Source of the DNA: an uncultured Gemmatimonadales bacterium
Lineage (GTDB): Bacteria; Gemmatimonadota; Gemmatimonadetes; Longimicrobiales; Gaopeijiaceae
DNA length: 35,990 nucleotides
Direction: 5' to 3'
Assembly: GCA_963809895.1 (NCBI GenBank)
Contig: CAWELD010000005.1
Location: 1-35,990 of the forward strand
The number at the start of each line of letters is the position of its first letter. Positions within the stretch are counted from its first letter, which is position 1. The position numbers and the translations under genes are program-made. Shown here in pieces: positions 1-11,410 of this stretch. Below the pieces are notes generated by a model. The model was not told where the DNA came from. It was given only the letters and a program-made list of their open reading frames with translations, and did not search any database.

Positions 1-2858
1 GGGTCGCCAGGCTCGAAGGCAGCTGGCTCGCCTTCTCCGGCACGTAGATGAGGTCGTTGGTGCGGTCGAAGGCGGGGCCCTGGCCGGGATAGCCGTCGCC
101 GTTGATGTCACCGTAGTAGACGTACGAGAAGGGCAGCCCCGACTGGCCGGTGTAGAGCAGCGAGATCTGGTTGTCGTCGAGTCCCGGGAAGGGCGCGCCG
201 TAGACCGACAGCACCAGCTTGTGGGGCCGGTCGAAGTTGGACGTGGTGAGCTCGGCACGGTTCGGGTCCGAGCGCGTGGGCGTGAGGCCGTAGTTGGCCA
301 CCATGTCGGTGGACACCAGGCTCATCTTGTCGTACGAGCGGGCGTGGAGTCAGGGTCTGGAACCCAGCCTGTCGGTGAGCTGCCCGCGCGGCTCGGCCGT
401 GATCGAAAAGCCCCAGTCCTCGCTCTCGTTCGTCGCCAGCAGCGCGTGACCAAACTCCGGGTAGTCCCAGGTCGGCACGAAACCCGTTCCATTGGCCCTG
501 CCGTAGCGCCGGCGCTCGAAGCCGCCGTAGCCGTCCAACGGTCCCTGGTTCCCGGCCGGATCCCCCAGGTTCAACTCCTGGAGCACGATCTGGTTGATGG
601 CCCGGTTGAAGAGGAAGCCCAGCGAGCCACTGATGCGTGAAGTGAACTCCTGATCCACCACCACCGAGAACTTCAGGTCCTGGGGATGTTTGAACCCGGG
701 TCGGACACGTAGCGGTGCGCCGCAGGTTCGGCTGCCCGGCGTAACACGTGCCCGGGGGATTGAAGGGATCGAAGGGGGGCACCGTGTTGCCCGAGAACAG
801 GTCGTCGGTGACGCGGCCGGTGCAGGTCATGGTCATGCGGCTCATGCCGTCGTACTGGAACGCATTGGACAGCCACACGAAGGGCAACTGACCCACGAAC
901 ATGCCCAGCCCGCCCCGCACCTGGGTCGTGTGCTCGCCCTCGCTCTGCCAGTTGAAGCCCCAGCGCGGGGACAGCAGGAACTGTCCCGACGGCAGCTTGC
1001 TGGTCTTGTAGTCGAACAGGTCGGTGAACTCGAAGTTCTCGTCGGGATGATCCAGCACCCAGGGCACATCGATGCGGAGCCCGAAGCGCATGGTGAGCCC
1101 CTTGCCGGCATCGATCTGGTCCTGCAGGAACGCCACCCACTGCAGCACCGAGAAGTTCGTGGTCGGATCCGCCCCGTCGGCCAGGAGCGTGCGCTCGTAG
1201 CGCTGCGGGGCGTTGTTGCGCACGTCTCTCATGCTGGCCCAGAAGTAGCTGCCGGTCTCGCCGGGCACGTAGCGGTGGCTGATGTCGTAGTAGGCGCCGG
1301 TCAGCCCCGGCGTGTATACGCTCCCGGTGCCGGTGCCCTCGTCGGGATCCTTGTTCAGCGACAGCGTGTTGGTGAACTGGATGTTGGTCTGCCGCAGATC
1401 GTTGTTCTGGGCGTAGAACTGCGAGCCCACCCGCACGCCCCGCTGGAAGCTGGCGCCGTCGATGCTGCTCACCAGATCCGCCTCCATCTGCGGCCAGGTC
1501 ACCGCCGGGGTGGACTCGTCCACGCTGTGCTGGATGGAGACGTTCAGCTCGTTGGCGCCCCGGTCACCCAGGTCCGAGAAGAGCTGGAACGAGGTCGTGT
1601 TGTTGAGCCCCTTCCGGTGCACCGCGTTGGACGACAGCCCGTACGGCTCGAAGGCGAACCGGTTCGGGCTCTCGTCGTTCGACGCGTACGCGAACACGTT
1701 GCGCACCGTCATGCGCTGCCCGTTGGCCAGCGTCCAGTCCACCCGGCCGAACACGTTGGCCAGCTCCTGCTTCAGCGGATACGGCCCGGCGATCCCCGTC
1801 TCCAGCCCGAACTGGTTCGCCAGCTCGTCGGAGAAGTCGCCCACCGCTTCGGGCGACAGCCGCACCAGCAACGGATCGTCACGCAGCAGGTTGTAGCCCG
1901 TGGGCGGTTGCTTGCGCCGCTCGAACTCGCCCGACACGAAGAAGTGTGCCCGGTCCTGGATGATGGGCCCGCCCACCGACAGCCCCAGCAGCGTGCGGTC
2001 CACCCCCGAGGCCTCCACCGGCCCCGTGGGCAGGCTCAGGTCGCCGATGAGCGCTTCGGCCCGGTAGGCGCCGAACGCCCGCGCGTTCCACTGGTTGGTG
2101 CCCGTCTTGGTCACCGCGTTCATGACCCCGCCCGTGAACCCCGACAGCCGCACGTCGAAGGGCGCCACCAGCACCTCGTACTGGGCCACCGCGTCCAGCG
2201 GGATCAGCTTGGCCCCCGCCTGCCCCCCAGGCACGCCGCCCGCCGTCAGCCCGAACACGTCCTTGCTCGCCACCCCGTCGATCAGGATCGAGTTGTAGCG
2301 ATCGTTCTGCCCCGCCACCGAGAAGCCTCCGCCCTCGGTGGTCTTCACCAGCGGCGACAGCACCGCCAGCTCCATCAGGTTCCGGGACAGGATCGGCACC
2401 GACTCCACCACCCGCTCGTCCATGCGCGTCGCCGGACCCACCTGGCTCGGGTTGAAGATCTCCGCCCGCTCGGCGTTCACCTCGATCCCTTCCACCTCGA
2501 TGGCCTGCTCCTGCAAGCGCACGTCCAGCGTGACCACGTCGCCCACCTGCAGGTGGATGTCCTCCAGCGTCGCGTCGGCGTAGCCCAGGCTCTGCACCAG
2601 CAGCGTGTACGGCCCGCCGGGTTGGAGTTGCAGGATCAGGTAGCGGCCCTCGGCGTTGGTGGCCACCCGCTTGAGCGTCCCCGTCTCCTCCTGGCGCAGC
2701 GTCACCACCGCCGCCGACAGCGGCTCGCCCGCCTGGTTCGTCACCGTGCCTCGCACCGCCGCCGTGGTGCGGGACTGTGCCGCCAGCGGCAGCGCCGTGC
2801 CCCCCAGCGCCAGGACGAGAAGGACCAGCCGGAAGAACGTGCCGTGGATCCGGCGCAT
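1..2858 (-). CDS. TonB-dependent receptor, Oar-like with N-terminal carboxypeptidase-regulatory-like domain; C-terminus runs off the window; frameshifted near 700 and 350
   Basis: Signal peptide MRRIHGTFFRLVLLVLALGGTALPLAAQ. Family motifs VRGTVT..G.PL, GRYLILQLQPGGPY, VAGQNDRYNSILIDG, APFDVRLSGFTGGVMNAVTKTGTN, AFLQDQ, LSPRWGFNW. The coding sequence continues in ORF 350..664 and then in another frame (SNFDRPHKL, GDINGDG, NDLIYVP). Confidence 0.9.
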
Positions 2859-2982
2859 CGAAAGCTCTCTGTGATGGAGGTCGTGGTCTCGGACGAGGAG
2901 GAGGGACCCCGACATTCGCCGCACCTCCCCCCTCCCACAAGAGACGAGCGGCGCGGACGGAATCTGTCAGCGAGAGCCCTTC

Positions 2983-4239
2983 CTACATCACCCGCCACCA
3001 CGGCATGGCCAGCACGCGCTCGGACACCCACTCCGTTCGCTCCCCGGCATGCAGGAGCAAGCATCCCCTGACCGCCTCCTGGTAGCGGTCGCGGAACTCC
3101 ACCAACCGGGCCCAATCGCGGGGCCGGGGACGGGCTGTGGCCTTCACTTCGATGCCGACCACGGCGCCCTCGCTCTCGAGGACGAAATCCACCTCCGCTC
3201 CGTCGTATGTGCGCCAGAAGAGGATCTGCGACGAGCCCGCCCGTGAGTCCTTCCAGGTCATCAGGTCCGTCAGGACCAGGTTTTCGAGGTGCGCCCCCCG
3301 CGGCTCCGTCTCTCCGGCCACGCGCATCCCCAGCCCCACGTCGCTCCAGAAGAGCTTCGGCGACTTCACCACCCGCTTGGTCCGGTTCCCGTGAAAGGGC
3401 GCGATCCGCAGGAGCTGGAACGACGTCTCGAGGAGGTTGAGGTACCGGCGCGCCGTCGTGTGTGGCAGGTCGGCGTCCCGGGCGATCTCGGACTGGATGG
3501 CCAGATTCCCGACCCGCAGGCTCGCCACACGCATGAGTCGACGGAAGTCCACCAGCCCGCCGATGGCCGTCAGTTGCTGGAGATCGCGCTCGAGGTAGGT
3601 GGTCACGTATCCGTCGAACCAGATCGAGGCCGCCGTGGGGTCGACGAGCTCGTGGGCGGGGACCGGGTATCCCCCGAGGCGGACCACGTCGCGCCAGTCG
3701 GCTGCCGGTAGCTCGATCTCTTCCAGCCGCTGAGGCCACAGGTCGGGCTCCTCGCCGAGCAGGACGTCCCACGCGCCGGTGCCACCCCGTCCCAGCAACT
3801 CGTTCCGGGTGAGGGGCCACAGCGTGACGTAGGCCGCGCGTCCGGCGAGGGACTCGGTCACCGTCTCCATCAGCAGCAGATTGGCTGATCCCGTGAGCAG
3901 GAAGCGCCCGGGGCGTCGCGGGCGATCCTCGTCCACAGCCTGCTTGATGGCCAGAAGAAGGTCCGGGACTCGCTGCACCTCGTCGATCACGAGGGCATCG
4001 GCCCGGGCGAGCAACCCCCTCGGATCGGATTCCGCCACCGCCCGGACGTCCAGGTCGTCGAGGCTCAGGTAGGGCCGGCCGTCGATGCCGGCGAGCTTCC
4101 GGGCGAGCGTGCTCTTTCCGGTCTGCCGCGCTCCCATGAGCACGACCACGGGAAAGACCTCCAGCACGCGCCGGAGCCAGGGTTCCGCCGCTCGCGGAAG
4201 CAGAGGCGGCGTCGAGTCTTCTTCGCGATAGTCCACCAT
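2983..4239 (-). CDS. AAA+ ATP-binding protein (AAA_14 plus C-terminal DUF4143)
   Basis: Walker A GARQTGKS, Walker B IDEVQR, LLTGSA, SLAGR, GGYP, KSPKLFWSDVG, AEVDFV..GIEVK. Confidence 0.9.
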   Translation of the reverse strand: MVDYREEDSTPPLLPRAAEPWLRRVLEVFPVVVLMGARQTGKSTLARKLAGIDGRPYLSLDDLDVRAVAESDPRGLLARADALVIDEVQRVPDLLLAIKQAVDEDRPRRPGRFLLTGSANLLLMETVTESLAGRAAYVTLWPLTRNELLGRGGTGAWDVLLGEEPDLWPQRLEEIELPAADWRDVVRLGGYPVPAHELVDPTAASIWFDGYVTTYLERDLQQLTAIGGLVDFRRLMRVASLRVGNLAIQSEIARDADLPHTTARRYLNLLETSFQLLRIAPFHGNRTKRVVKSPKLFWSDVGLGMRVAGETEPRGAHLENLVLTDLMTWKDSRAGSSQILFWRTYDGAEVDFVLESEGAVVGIEVKATARPRPRDWARLVEFRDRYQEAVRGCLLLHAGERTEWVSERVLAMPWWRVM

Positions 4240-4323
4240 ATGGTCAAAATCATGCCATATCGTGGTCAGATGCGCAATGCGCCCAGATGTCGCGCCTACA
4301 CGCGCATCCCCCCTTCCTCCTCC

Positions 4324-6997
4324 CTACTCTTCTCTCAGCACCTGCGCCGGATCCAGTGACGTAGCCCGCCGCGATGGCAGCAGCGCCGCGGCCCCCGCTA
4401 CCACGGCGAAGAGCGCCGCAGCCACCGCAATGACCACCGGATCGTGCGCCGTCACCCCGAACAGAAAACGTCGTAGCGCGTCACCCAGGAGCAGCGCCAT
4501 CACCGTGCCACCGGCGAGCCCTACGGCCAGGAGCACCCCGGCCCGCCGAAGCACCAGCGCCAGCACGCTCCGGCGGGGGGCGCCCAGTGCGATGCGCACC
4601 GCCAGCTCGCGGGTGCGGGCCCGCACCAGGCCCGCCAACACACCGAACAGCCCTACCGCAGCGAGTCCGGTGGCGAACAGCGCTACCAGCGCCCATGACC
4701 CGGGTCTGGAAGCGGGGCGCCGCGGTGGCGTCGGCCACCCAGTCATCCATGCTCCGCACCTCGCGCACCGGCTGCTCGGGATCTACGCCGAACACGGCCT
4801 GGCGGAGCGCGTCGGGATGTGCCGGATGGCCGGGCTGCCAGCGCACCACGTACGACTTGCTGGTCAGGTACTCGGCGGAGTAGGGCAGGTAGAGCTCGGG
4901 CCGTACCTCGCGGTCCGGGCCGTCGTGGTGCACGTCGCCCACCACACCCACGACCCGCACCCACTCGTCGTGGCCCGAGAGCCGCACCTGTGCATCGAGG
5001 GGATCGGCCCCGCCCCAGTAGTGCTGGACGGCGGAGCGATTCACCAGCGCCACCTGGGGCTGTGCCAGGTCCTGGCGCCCGAACGCCCGTCCCGACAGCA
5101 CGGGAATCCCCAGGGTCTGGAGGTAGTCGGGGCCGATGCCCCGGATGGCGAAGGCCGGAGCGTCGTCGGGGCCCGCGATCCCCTCGATCTCGGCGCGCTG
5201 CGTCTGGTTGGATCCGCTCAGCGGGAGCGAGTTGATCATGCCCGCCGATGCCACGCCCGGCACCTGGCGCATGCGCTCCAGGACCTCGGTGCTGAAGCGC
5301 GCGCGGGCGTCCAGCGTGGGCACGCGGTCCCACGACAGCGCCACCGTCAGCGCCGTGACGTCGTGGGGATCGAAGCCCAGATCCACCGAGCGGAGTCCCT
5401 GGAAGCTCCGGGCCAGCAGCCCCGCGCCCAGGAGGAGCGCGAAGGTGACCGCGAGCTGGGCGGCCACGAGCACGTTGCGCGCGCGCCCCCAGGGCCCGTG
5501 TCCGCCGCCGCCCCGGAGCACGTCGGCCGGGGCCTGGCGCGAGGCGGCCAGGGCGGCGGCTCCCCCCACGGCCAGCGCCGACAGCGCGGTCACCCCGAGC
5601 ACGGCCAGCACGACCCGCCCATCCAGGGTCACCGCGTCCAGCCGGGGGATTCGGCCCGGCTCCAGCCAGCGCGCCAGCGCCAGGAGTCCGCGGGCCAGGG
5701 CCAGCCCCAGCGCCCCCCCGGCCACCGCGAAGACCGCGCTCTCGCCGGCCACCAATCCCACGATCGCACCCCGGGAGGCGCCGATGGCTCGTCGCGTGGC
5801 GAGCTCGCCGCGCCGGTCCAGCACCCGATTGAGGCTGAGGTTGGCCACATTCGCGCACGCCACCAGCAAGAGGAGCCCCGTGGTGGCCAGCATGAGCCAG
5901 AGCACCGGCGCCACGTCGCCCACGATCAGGTCCTGGTAGCGATCCACTCGGGTGTACCAGTCCCGGTTGTCGCCGGGACGCTCCTGCGCCAACCGCGCGG
6001 AGAAGGCCGTCATCTCGCTCCGGGCCGCGGCCAGGTCGACGCCGTCTGCGAGCCGGCCGATGGCGTGGAAGGAGCGCCCCGATCCCAGGGCGTCTTCATC
6101 GATGGGGAAGGGCCGCCAGAGCTGCACGGGCAGCCCCGCCCAGTCGCCGTGGGCCTCGAACCCCGGGGGCATGACGCCCACCACCGTGTTGGGCTCGCCG
6201 TCGATGCGGACGGTGCGTCCCACGATGTCTGGATCGGCGCCGAAGTCCCGGGTCCAGAGGCCGTTGCCCAGGATCACCACGGGCGCCGCACCCGGGGCCG
6301 CGTCGTCGTCGGTGAAGCGCCGGCCCAGCGCCGGCTCGGTGGCGAACACGTCGAAGAACCCGGGCGTCACCCGCGCGGCGTAGGCGTATTCCGGGATCAC
6401 GTCGGTCGTCACCGACGCGCTCCGGCCGCGCACCAGCGCCAGCGACTCGAACGACGAGGCGTCGCGCTGCCATTCCTGGAAGTTGGCGGCCGTGGCGTAG
6501 CCCGCGGGCATGTCGATGCCGTCGTTGTCGTCGTAGACGAACACGATGCGCGACGCGTCGGGATAGTCCAGCGGCTTCAGGAGGACGCCCTCGATGAGCG
6601 AGAAGACCGTGGCCGTGGCGCCCACGCCCAGCGCCAGCGTGCCGGTCACCGCGAGCAGGTATCCCGGCCGCGCGGCCAGCCGGCGCAGCGTGGTGCGGAG
6701 TCCCGTGATCAGGTCGCGCATGGCCTCTCCTCCCCTCCCTCTGGTGTGTCGTCGTCGTCCGCCGTGCCGGTAGCGCCATGCCGCCGTCACGGCCTGCCGC
6801 AGATACCACGCGCTCGCGCGTGTTCTGCCCATGCGCCGCCGCCGCTCGCGCCAGAGCTCTTCCAGGTCGCCCACCAGCGTGCGCGAGCGGGGTCCGGGCC
6901 GGAGCGCCAGTGCCAGGAGCCAGCGACCCAGCGCCGGGGGACGGGGGTCGCCGGGGGTCCGCGGCGGCGGCTCGCGCCCGTCGTCTCCGGACGTCAT
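4324..6997 (-). CDS. Duplicated MacB/FtsX-type orphan ABC permease (ADOP-like) with N-terminal prefix domain; frameshift near 4690
   Basis: TLALGVGATATVFS, LLLVACANVANL, ELATRRAIGASR, DLGFDP. The C-terminus in ORF 4324..4746 has RTRELAVRIALGA and RRATSLDPAQVLREE. The ATG overlaps the PadR stop (ATGA). Confidence 0.88.
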
Positions 6998-7329
6998 CCC
7001 CCCTTCTCCAGGAGTCCCTCGATGCCCTCCCACACGCTGAGCAGCGCCTCGCGATGCTCCGCCAGCGCCCGCACGCCCTCGGGGGTCACGCGCACGAAAC
7101 GCTTGGGTCGTCCGCCGCGCTCGGGATCCGGCTCATCGACGGTGGACTCGAGCCAACCCTTGTCCTCGAGCCGGTCCAGCGCCACGTAGACCGAGCCGGC
7201 CTGCACCGGGCGGCCGGTGCGCTCCTCGATGAGCCGGATCAGCGAGGCGCCGTAACCCCGCCCGCGCTCCCGCAGCGCCACCGCGAGCACCAGGTGCTCC
7301 AATCCCCCGGGAAACGTGCGATCTCCCAC
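6994..7329 (-). CDS. PadR family transcriptional regulator
   Basis: LEHLVLA, GYG, GSVYVALDRLEDKGWL, ERGGRPKRFVRVTPEG; GAGGAG RBS before GTG. Confidence 0.92.
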   Translation of the reverse strand: MGDRTFPGGLEHLVLAVALRERGRGYGASLIRLIEERTGRPVQAGSVYVALDRLEDKGWLESTVDEPDPERGGRPKRFVRVTPEGVRALAEHREALLSVWEGIEGLLEKGG

Positions 7330-7345
7330 CGGTTCATCTCCTCGT

Positions 7346-7372
7346 GTCGGGTGCGTCGGGTGCGTCGGGTCC
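7346..7372. repeat. 9-bp tandem repeat (gtcgggtgc)x3 in the PadR leader
   Basis: gtcgggtgc gtcgggtgc gtcgggtcc read directly. Confidence 0.8.
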
Positions 7373-7454
7373 GGACGTCGCGGACCCGCTCGCAGCGCGT
7401 AGCCCGCCGCGGCCGGGGGGCGATCCGTCCCCCATCATACCCTTGGACGCCGGG

Positions 7455-7470
7455 CAACTCGTAAAAGTTG
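7455..7470. promoter_or_regulatory. Inverted repeat CAACT-N6-AGTTG, candidate PadR operator
   Basis: caactcgtaaaagttg, an AT-rich palindrome upstream of the PadR gene. Confidence 0.4.
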
Positions 7471-7567
7471 GGATGACCTGTGCAGACCGGAGTGACCAAC
7501 CCGATTACGCTGCCGGTGCCCAGGGACTTATGTTCGGGCCCACGTGGGAAGCCAACCTGGAGCGAGG

Positions 7568-7941
7568 ATGCCGGTACCCGACATCGTCATCGTGCGCGAC
7601 ACGCCCCTTTCCGGGGAGGCGCTGGGAGAGCTGGTACGGCGCTTCTTCGAGGACATGGTGAAGTACGTCGTGGACCTCGAGCGCGAGGTCCTGGCGGTGG
7701 GCGGGGAGCTGCACGCCGACGCCGAGGCGCTTCTCCTGGAGGACGGAAGTCGCCAGGAGGATCTCTGGGGCGCGAACTATTATCCCGGCCTCGGCCGCGA
7801 GGCCTGCATCGAATTCACGTCGCTCATCAAAATCCGCCCCTCACAGGGGAATCGGAGCATGTTGATCGAGGACCCGATCCTCTGTGAGCGCGTGCGGAAG
7901 ATCACCGAACGGCTGCTCGGCAGGGGGAGGCGCTTTCGTGA
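7568..7941 (+). CDS. DUF5674-like protein; true stop probably at 7939-7941 after restoring one G in the G-run at 7923-7927
   Basis: MVKYVVD, GGELHADAEALLLEDGSRQEDLWGANYYP, IEFTSLIKIRPSQGNRS. Adding one G gives ...GRGEALS-stop overlapping the next GTG. Confidence 0.75.
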
Positions 7942-8321
7942 GCCAGCACGCGGGGCTCGACGTGGCGCGCTGGTCGAAGTTCGACCTGGATCAGCAGGTC
8001 CTGATGATCGCCAACGAGATGAACCGGGCCACCCGCTTCGTCGACGCGGGCGCGGCCGACGCGGTACGTCGCGGATACGAGCGCGTCTTGCGCCTCGCCG
8101 ACCTGACCATGGCGTGCGTTCCCAGGCGTGCCTTCCTGCGCGAGATCGCGCGATGGCGCGACGTGATCGCGGAACTCTACCTGGCCGAGTCCGTGAGGTT
8201 GCCGGACCACCGTGCCGCTTTCAAGGCGCTGCTCCAACTGCGGCCGACGGCCGCCAAGCAGATCCCGCTCCTGCTGCGTCCCGAGGAAAGCCCTTCGCCG
8301 CCCGCTCCTACTCCTCCTTGA
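7938..8321 (+). CDS. Small helical hypothetical protein coupled to the DUF5674 gene
   Basis: GTGA overlap; (M)SQHAGLDVARWSKFDLDQQVLMIANEMNRA... has natural protein composition. Confidence 0.7.
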   Translation: MSQHAGLDVARWSKFDLDQQVLMIANEMNRATRFVDAGAADAVRRGYERVLRLADLTMACVPRRAFLREIARWRDVIAELYLAESVRLPDHRAAFKALLQLRPTAAKQIPLLLRPEESPSPPAPTPP

Positions 8322-11040
8322 GGCAGGTTGCCGGCTGGGTGCGCGCCGCGCGGAAGGCCGGGAGCGCGCAGGCCGCGGTGGCGGTGGTGATGAGCATGAG
8401 GGCGACACTCGCCAGCACCGTGGCGTCGAAGACGGACGTCTCGAAGAGCAGCGGCTGCACCCAACGCTGGGCCATCACGACGAGGGCGACCCCCGCTGCA
8501 AGCCCCGCGGCGGCCGATACGAGGCCGTTGCCCATGACGAGCCGATGGATGCCGCCGGGCGATGCGCCCAGCGCGATGCGCACGCCGATCTCGCGGCGGC
8601 GCTGCTCCACCAGGTAGCTGAGCACGGCGTAGACCCCGAGGAGCGACACCAGCACGGCCACCAGCGCCGACACGCCCAGCGTCCAGGAGCCCATGCGCCA
8701 GGGCCGGATCTCCGGGGCCAGGGCGTCGTCCAGGCGCTCGATGTCGACGTAGGCGATGCCCGGATCCAGGGCATGGATGCGCTCGCGGATGTCGCCGGTC
8801 GGGGGGGCCTGTCCCGGGGGGTGATGGAGCACCAGCGCCATCCCCCCGAACCCGCTGCCGCCGGGCGACAGGGGCAGGTAGTACTGAAACGAGGGTGGCT
8901 CGCGGTAGCCCACGCGGTGCACGTCCTGCGCCACCCCCACCACGCGCTGGCAGGGGCTCGTCTCGTCGCCCACGCGCACGCACTGGCCCAGGGGATCGGC
9001 GTCGGGCCACAGCAGGCTCGCCATGGTGGCACCCACGACCATCACCTTCTCGTCGCCGGCGACCTCGGCGTCGGTGAAGCCGCGCCCGCGCAGGAGCGGC
9101 GTGCCGATGGCCTGGAAGTAGTCACGGGTGACCGCGTTCAAGTACGGTCCGCCGCCGGGCATGGCTGGTACGGAATCCAGGCCGGGCACCACGATGCTGA
9201 TGCCGAAGTTGTAGCGGTACGGCAGCCCCAGGGTGACCGCGGCGGAGGTGACCTGCGGGAGTCCCAACGTCGCCTCCATGGCGCGCAGGTAGAGGGTGCG
9301 CTCGGCGTCGGAGCCCTGGCGCAGGGCCCGGGGGTCGCCGTACTGGATCGGTCACCACCGAGACCTCGTCAGGCGCCACCCCGAGATCGGTGCTACGCAT
9401 GGTCCAGAAGCTCTTGAGAAAGAGCCCGGCGGCCACGGCCAGGGCCGCGGACAGGGTGAGCTGCGCCACGGCCAGCGCACGGGGCAGGTTGGCCCACGAG
9501 CGCCCGCCGCCGCTCCGGCCGCTGCGCATGGCCTCGGCCACGTCGGTGCGGTTGGCGCGCCGCACCGGGAGCAGCCCAGCCAGCAGACCGGTCACCAGCG
9601 CCACGCCGACCGTCAGTCCCAGCGCCCGCGCCTGGAGGGGTGAGCCGGGCCACGGCACGCCGGGGAGCAGGACCCTCCGCAGCATGTTGCCCGCCAGATA
9701 GGTGGCGGGCAGGCTCGCCAATCCGCCGAGCACGGCCAGCACCAGCGTCTCGGCGAGCACGAGGCGCGCGAGCCGCCAGCGTCCCACACCCAGCGCCAGG
9801 CGCACGCCGATCTCGCGGCGGCGGCGGGTGAGGCGGGCCAGCATGAGGTTGACCACGTTGGCGATGGCCACCACCAGCACCAGCCCGGCCACCGCCATCA
9901 GGAGCTTCACCACCGCCGCCTCGGCCGGTGGCTGGCCCGCGTCGTCGACGTTGATCGGAGCAGCTACGAACGAGCCGTCCTTGGCCCACTGGAAGAAGCG
10001 CCCCGGGTCGGTGCGCCGGTGGATGGCCGTCGCCTCTTCGGCGGCCCGGGCCGGATCGACAGCGCCGGCGCCGCCGGCGTGCAGCCGGCCCACCAACCAC
10101 CACGAGCGGTTTCCCGCGGTGGCCGGGTCCAGGGGGATCCACAGGTCGACCGGGGCGAGTTGCGGACCGGTGAACCCCTTGGGAGCCACGCCCACCACCG
10201 TGTAGGCGTGGCCCTGCACCGTCACGCGCTGGCCCGAGAGCCTCATCGGTCCCGCTGAAGGCCGACATCCACAGCTCGTGCGAGATCACCGCCACATCCG
10301 AGCCCTCGGCGTCGTCGGCGCCGCCGAACAGGCGGCCCGCCGCCGGAACCGCGCCCAGAACCGGGAAGTAGTCGCCGCTCACGGTGCTGACCTGGAGCGG
10401 CCGGGAGCCCGAGGGGGTTTCCACGAGCTGCTCGTCGAGACGGTAGAGCATGAGGCCGTCGAAGCCGGTGCTCTGCTCCTGTACGGCCGCCGCCGTCTGG
10501 TAGGGGACCCATGCCACCGTGCGCTCCGGGAGCCCGGCGGGGGCGCGCGTCGAAATGAAGCAGAAGACGCACCAGCTCCTTCGGGCTCCGCACTCCCTCG
10601 GGCCCCTGGAGCAGCATGCGGTCCGCCACCCCGAAGGCGGCGGCGTTGCCGGCGATCCCCAGGGCGAGGGTGGCCGTGACGAAGAGCGCGAAGCGGGGCT
10701 CACGGGCCAGCCCGCGCACCACCTGTCGGAAATCCCGCGCCCACCCTTCCAGTCCCGATCCCTTGGCCCGTCGTCCCATCCCCACTCCTCCTCCCCTCGC
10801 GTGATCCCGCGCCTCGGCCCGGCGCCGCCGCATGAGCAGCACGAACCGGAGCGTGTCCGGCGCCACGAGCTGCGCGGCGTACCAGAGCTCGGCCCGCCGG
10901 CGTCCGCGGCGCTCCCGGACGCGAGCGTATTCCCGGTCCAACTCGGCGACGAAGTCCCGACTCCACGCGTCGCGTGCGACGAGCCGGAGCAGGATCCGGC
11001 GCAGCATCCGTGGGGGCTCGGGACTTCTCCCTCCGGCCAT
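8308..11040 (-). CDS. Duplicated MacB/FtsX-type orphan ABC permease with prefix domain; about three frameshifts (~10560, ~10245, ~9345)
   Basis: Pieces in ORFs 10243..11064, 9393..10703, 9122..10246 and 8308..9279: TLALGIAGNAAAF, AIANVVNLMLARLTRRRREIGVRLALG, QRRREIGVRIALGA, PAFRAARTQPATCLKEE. TGATG overlap with the PadR stop. Confidence 0.85.
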
Positions 11041-11345
11041 CAGGCTCTCTCCAGGCCTTTCCACATGCGCTCGGTGGTGGCCCGGGTCTCGTCCAGGGCG
11101 GCCCGGCCCTCATCGGTGAGCGCGAACAGCCGCACCTTGCGGCCACCCCGCGCCGGGGGACGCCCCCGCTCCGAGCCCAGGAGCCCCTGGTCCTCGAGGC
11201 GCGTCAGCGTGACGAACACCGTGCTCACCGACACGTCGCGCTCCGCCACCTCCAGCAGTACCTGGCGGATCTCGCGGGCGTGTGCGTCGCGGCCGAGGCG
11301 TGCCACGGCCAGCAGCGTCAGGTACTGCAGGTCACCGAGTCCCAT
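11040..11345 (-). CDS. PadR family transcriptional regulator
   Basis: MGLGDLQYLTLLAVARLG, STVFVTLTRLEDQGLL, RGGRKVRLFALTDEG. Confidence 0.9.
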   Translation of the reverse strand: MGLGDLQYLTLLAVARLGRDAHAREIRQVLLEVAERDVSVSTVFVTLTRLEDQGLLGSERGRPPARGGRKVRLFALTDEGRAALDETRATTERMWKGLERA

Positions 11346-11351
11346 GTGACT

Positions 11352-11376
11352 CCGAAAATGACAGTGTCGTTTTTGG
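11352..11376. promoter_or_regulatory. Imperfect palindrome CCGAAAATGACA-G-TGTCGTTTTTGG just upstream of the PadR ATG; candidate autoregulatory operator
   Basis: 12-bp arms with 2 mismatches, AT-rich, a few bp from the start codon. Confidence 0.6.
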
Positions 11377-11410
11377 GGCGCAAGGAGGGGGGCAAGGGAG
11401 AAGCGCACCG

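Noticed and set aside
7544..8617. 357-aa extended DUF5674 ORF
   Set aside because: The tail is out-of-frame and antisense sequence; one G restores a stop at 7941.
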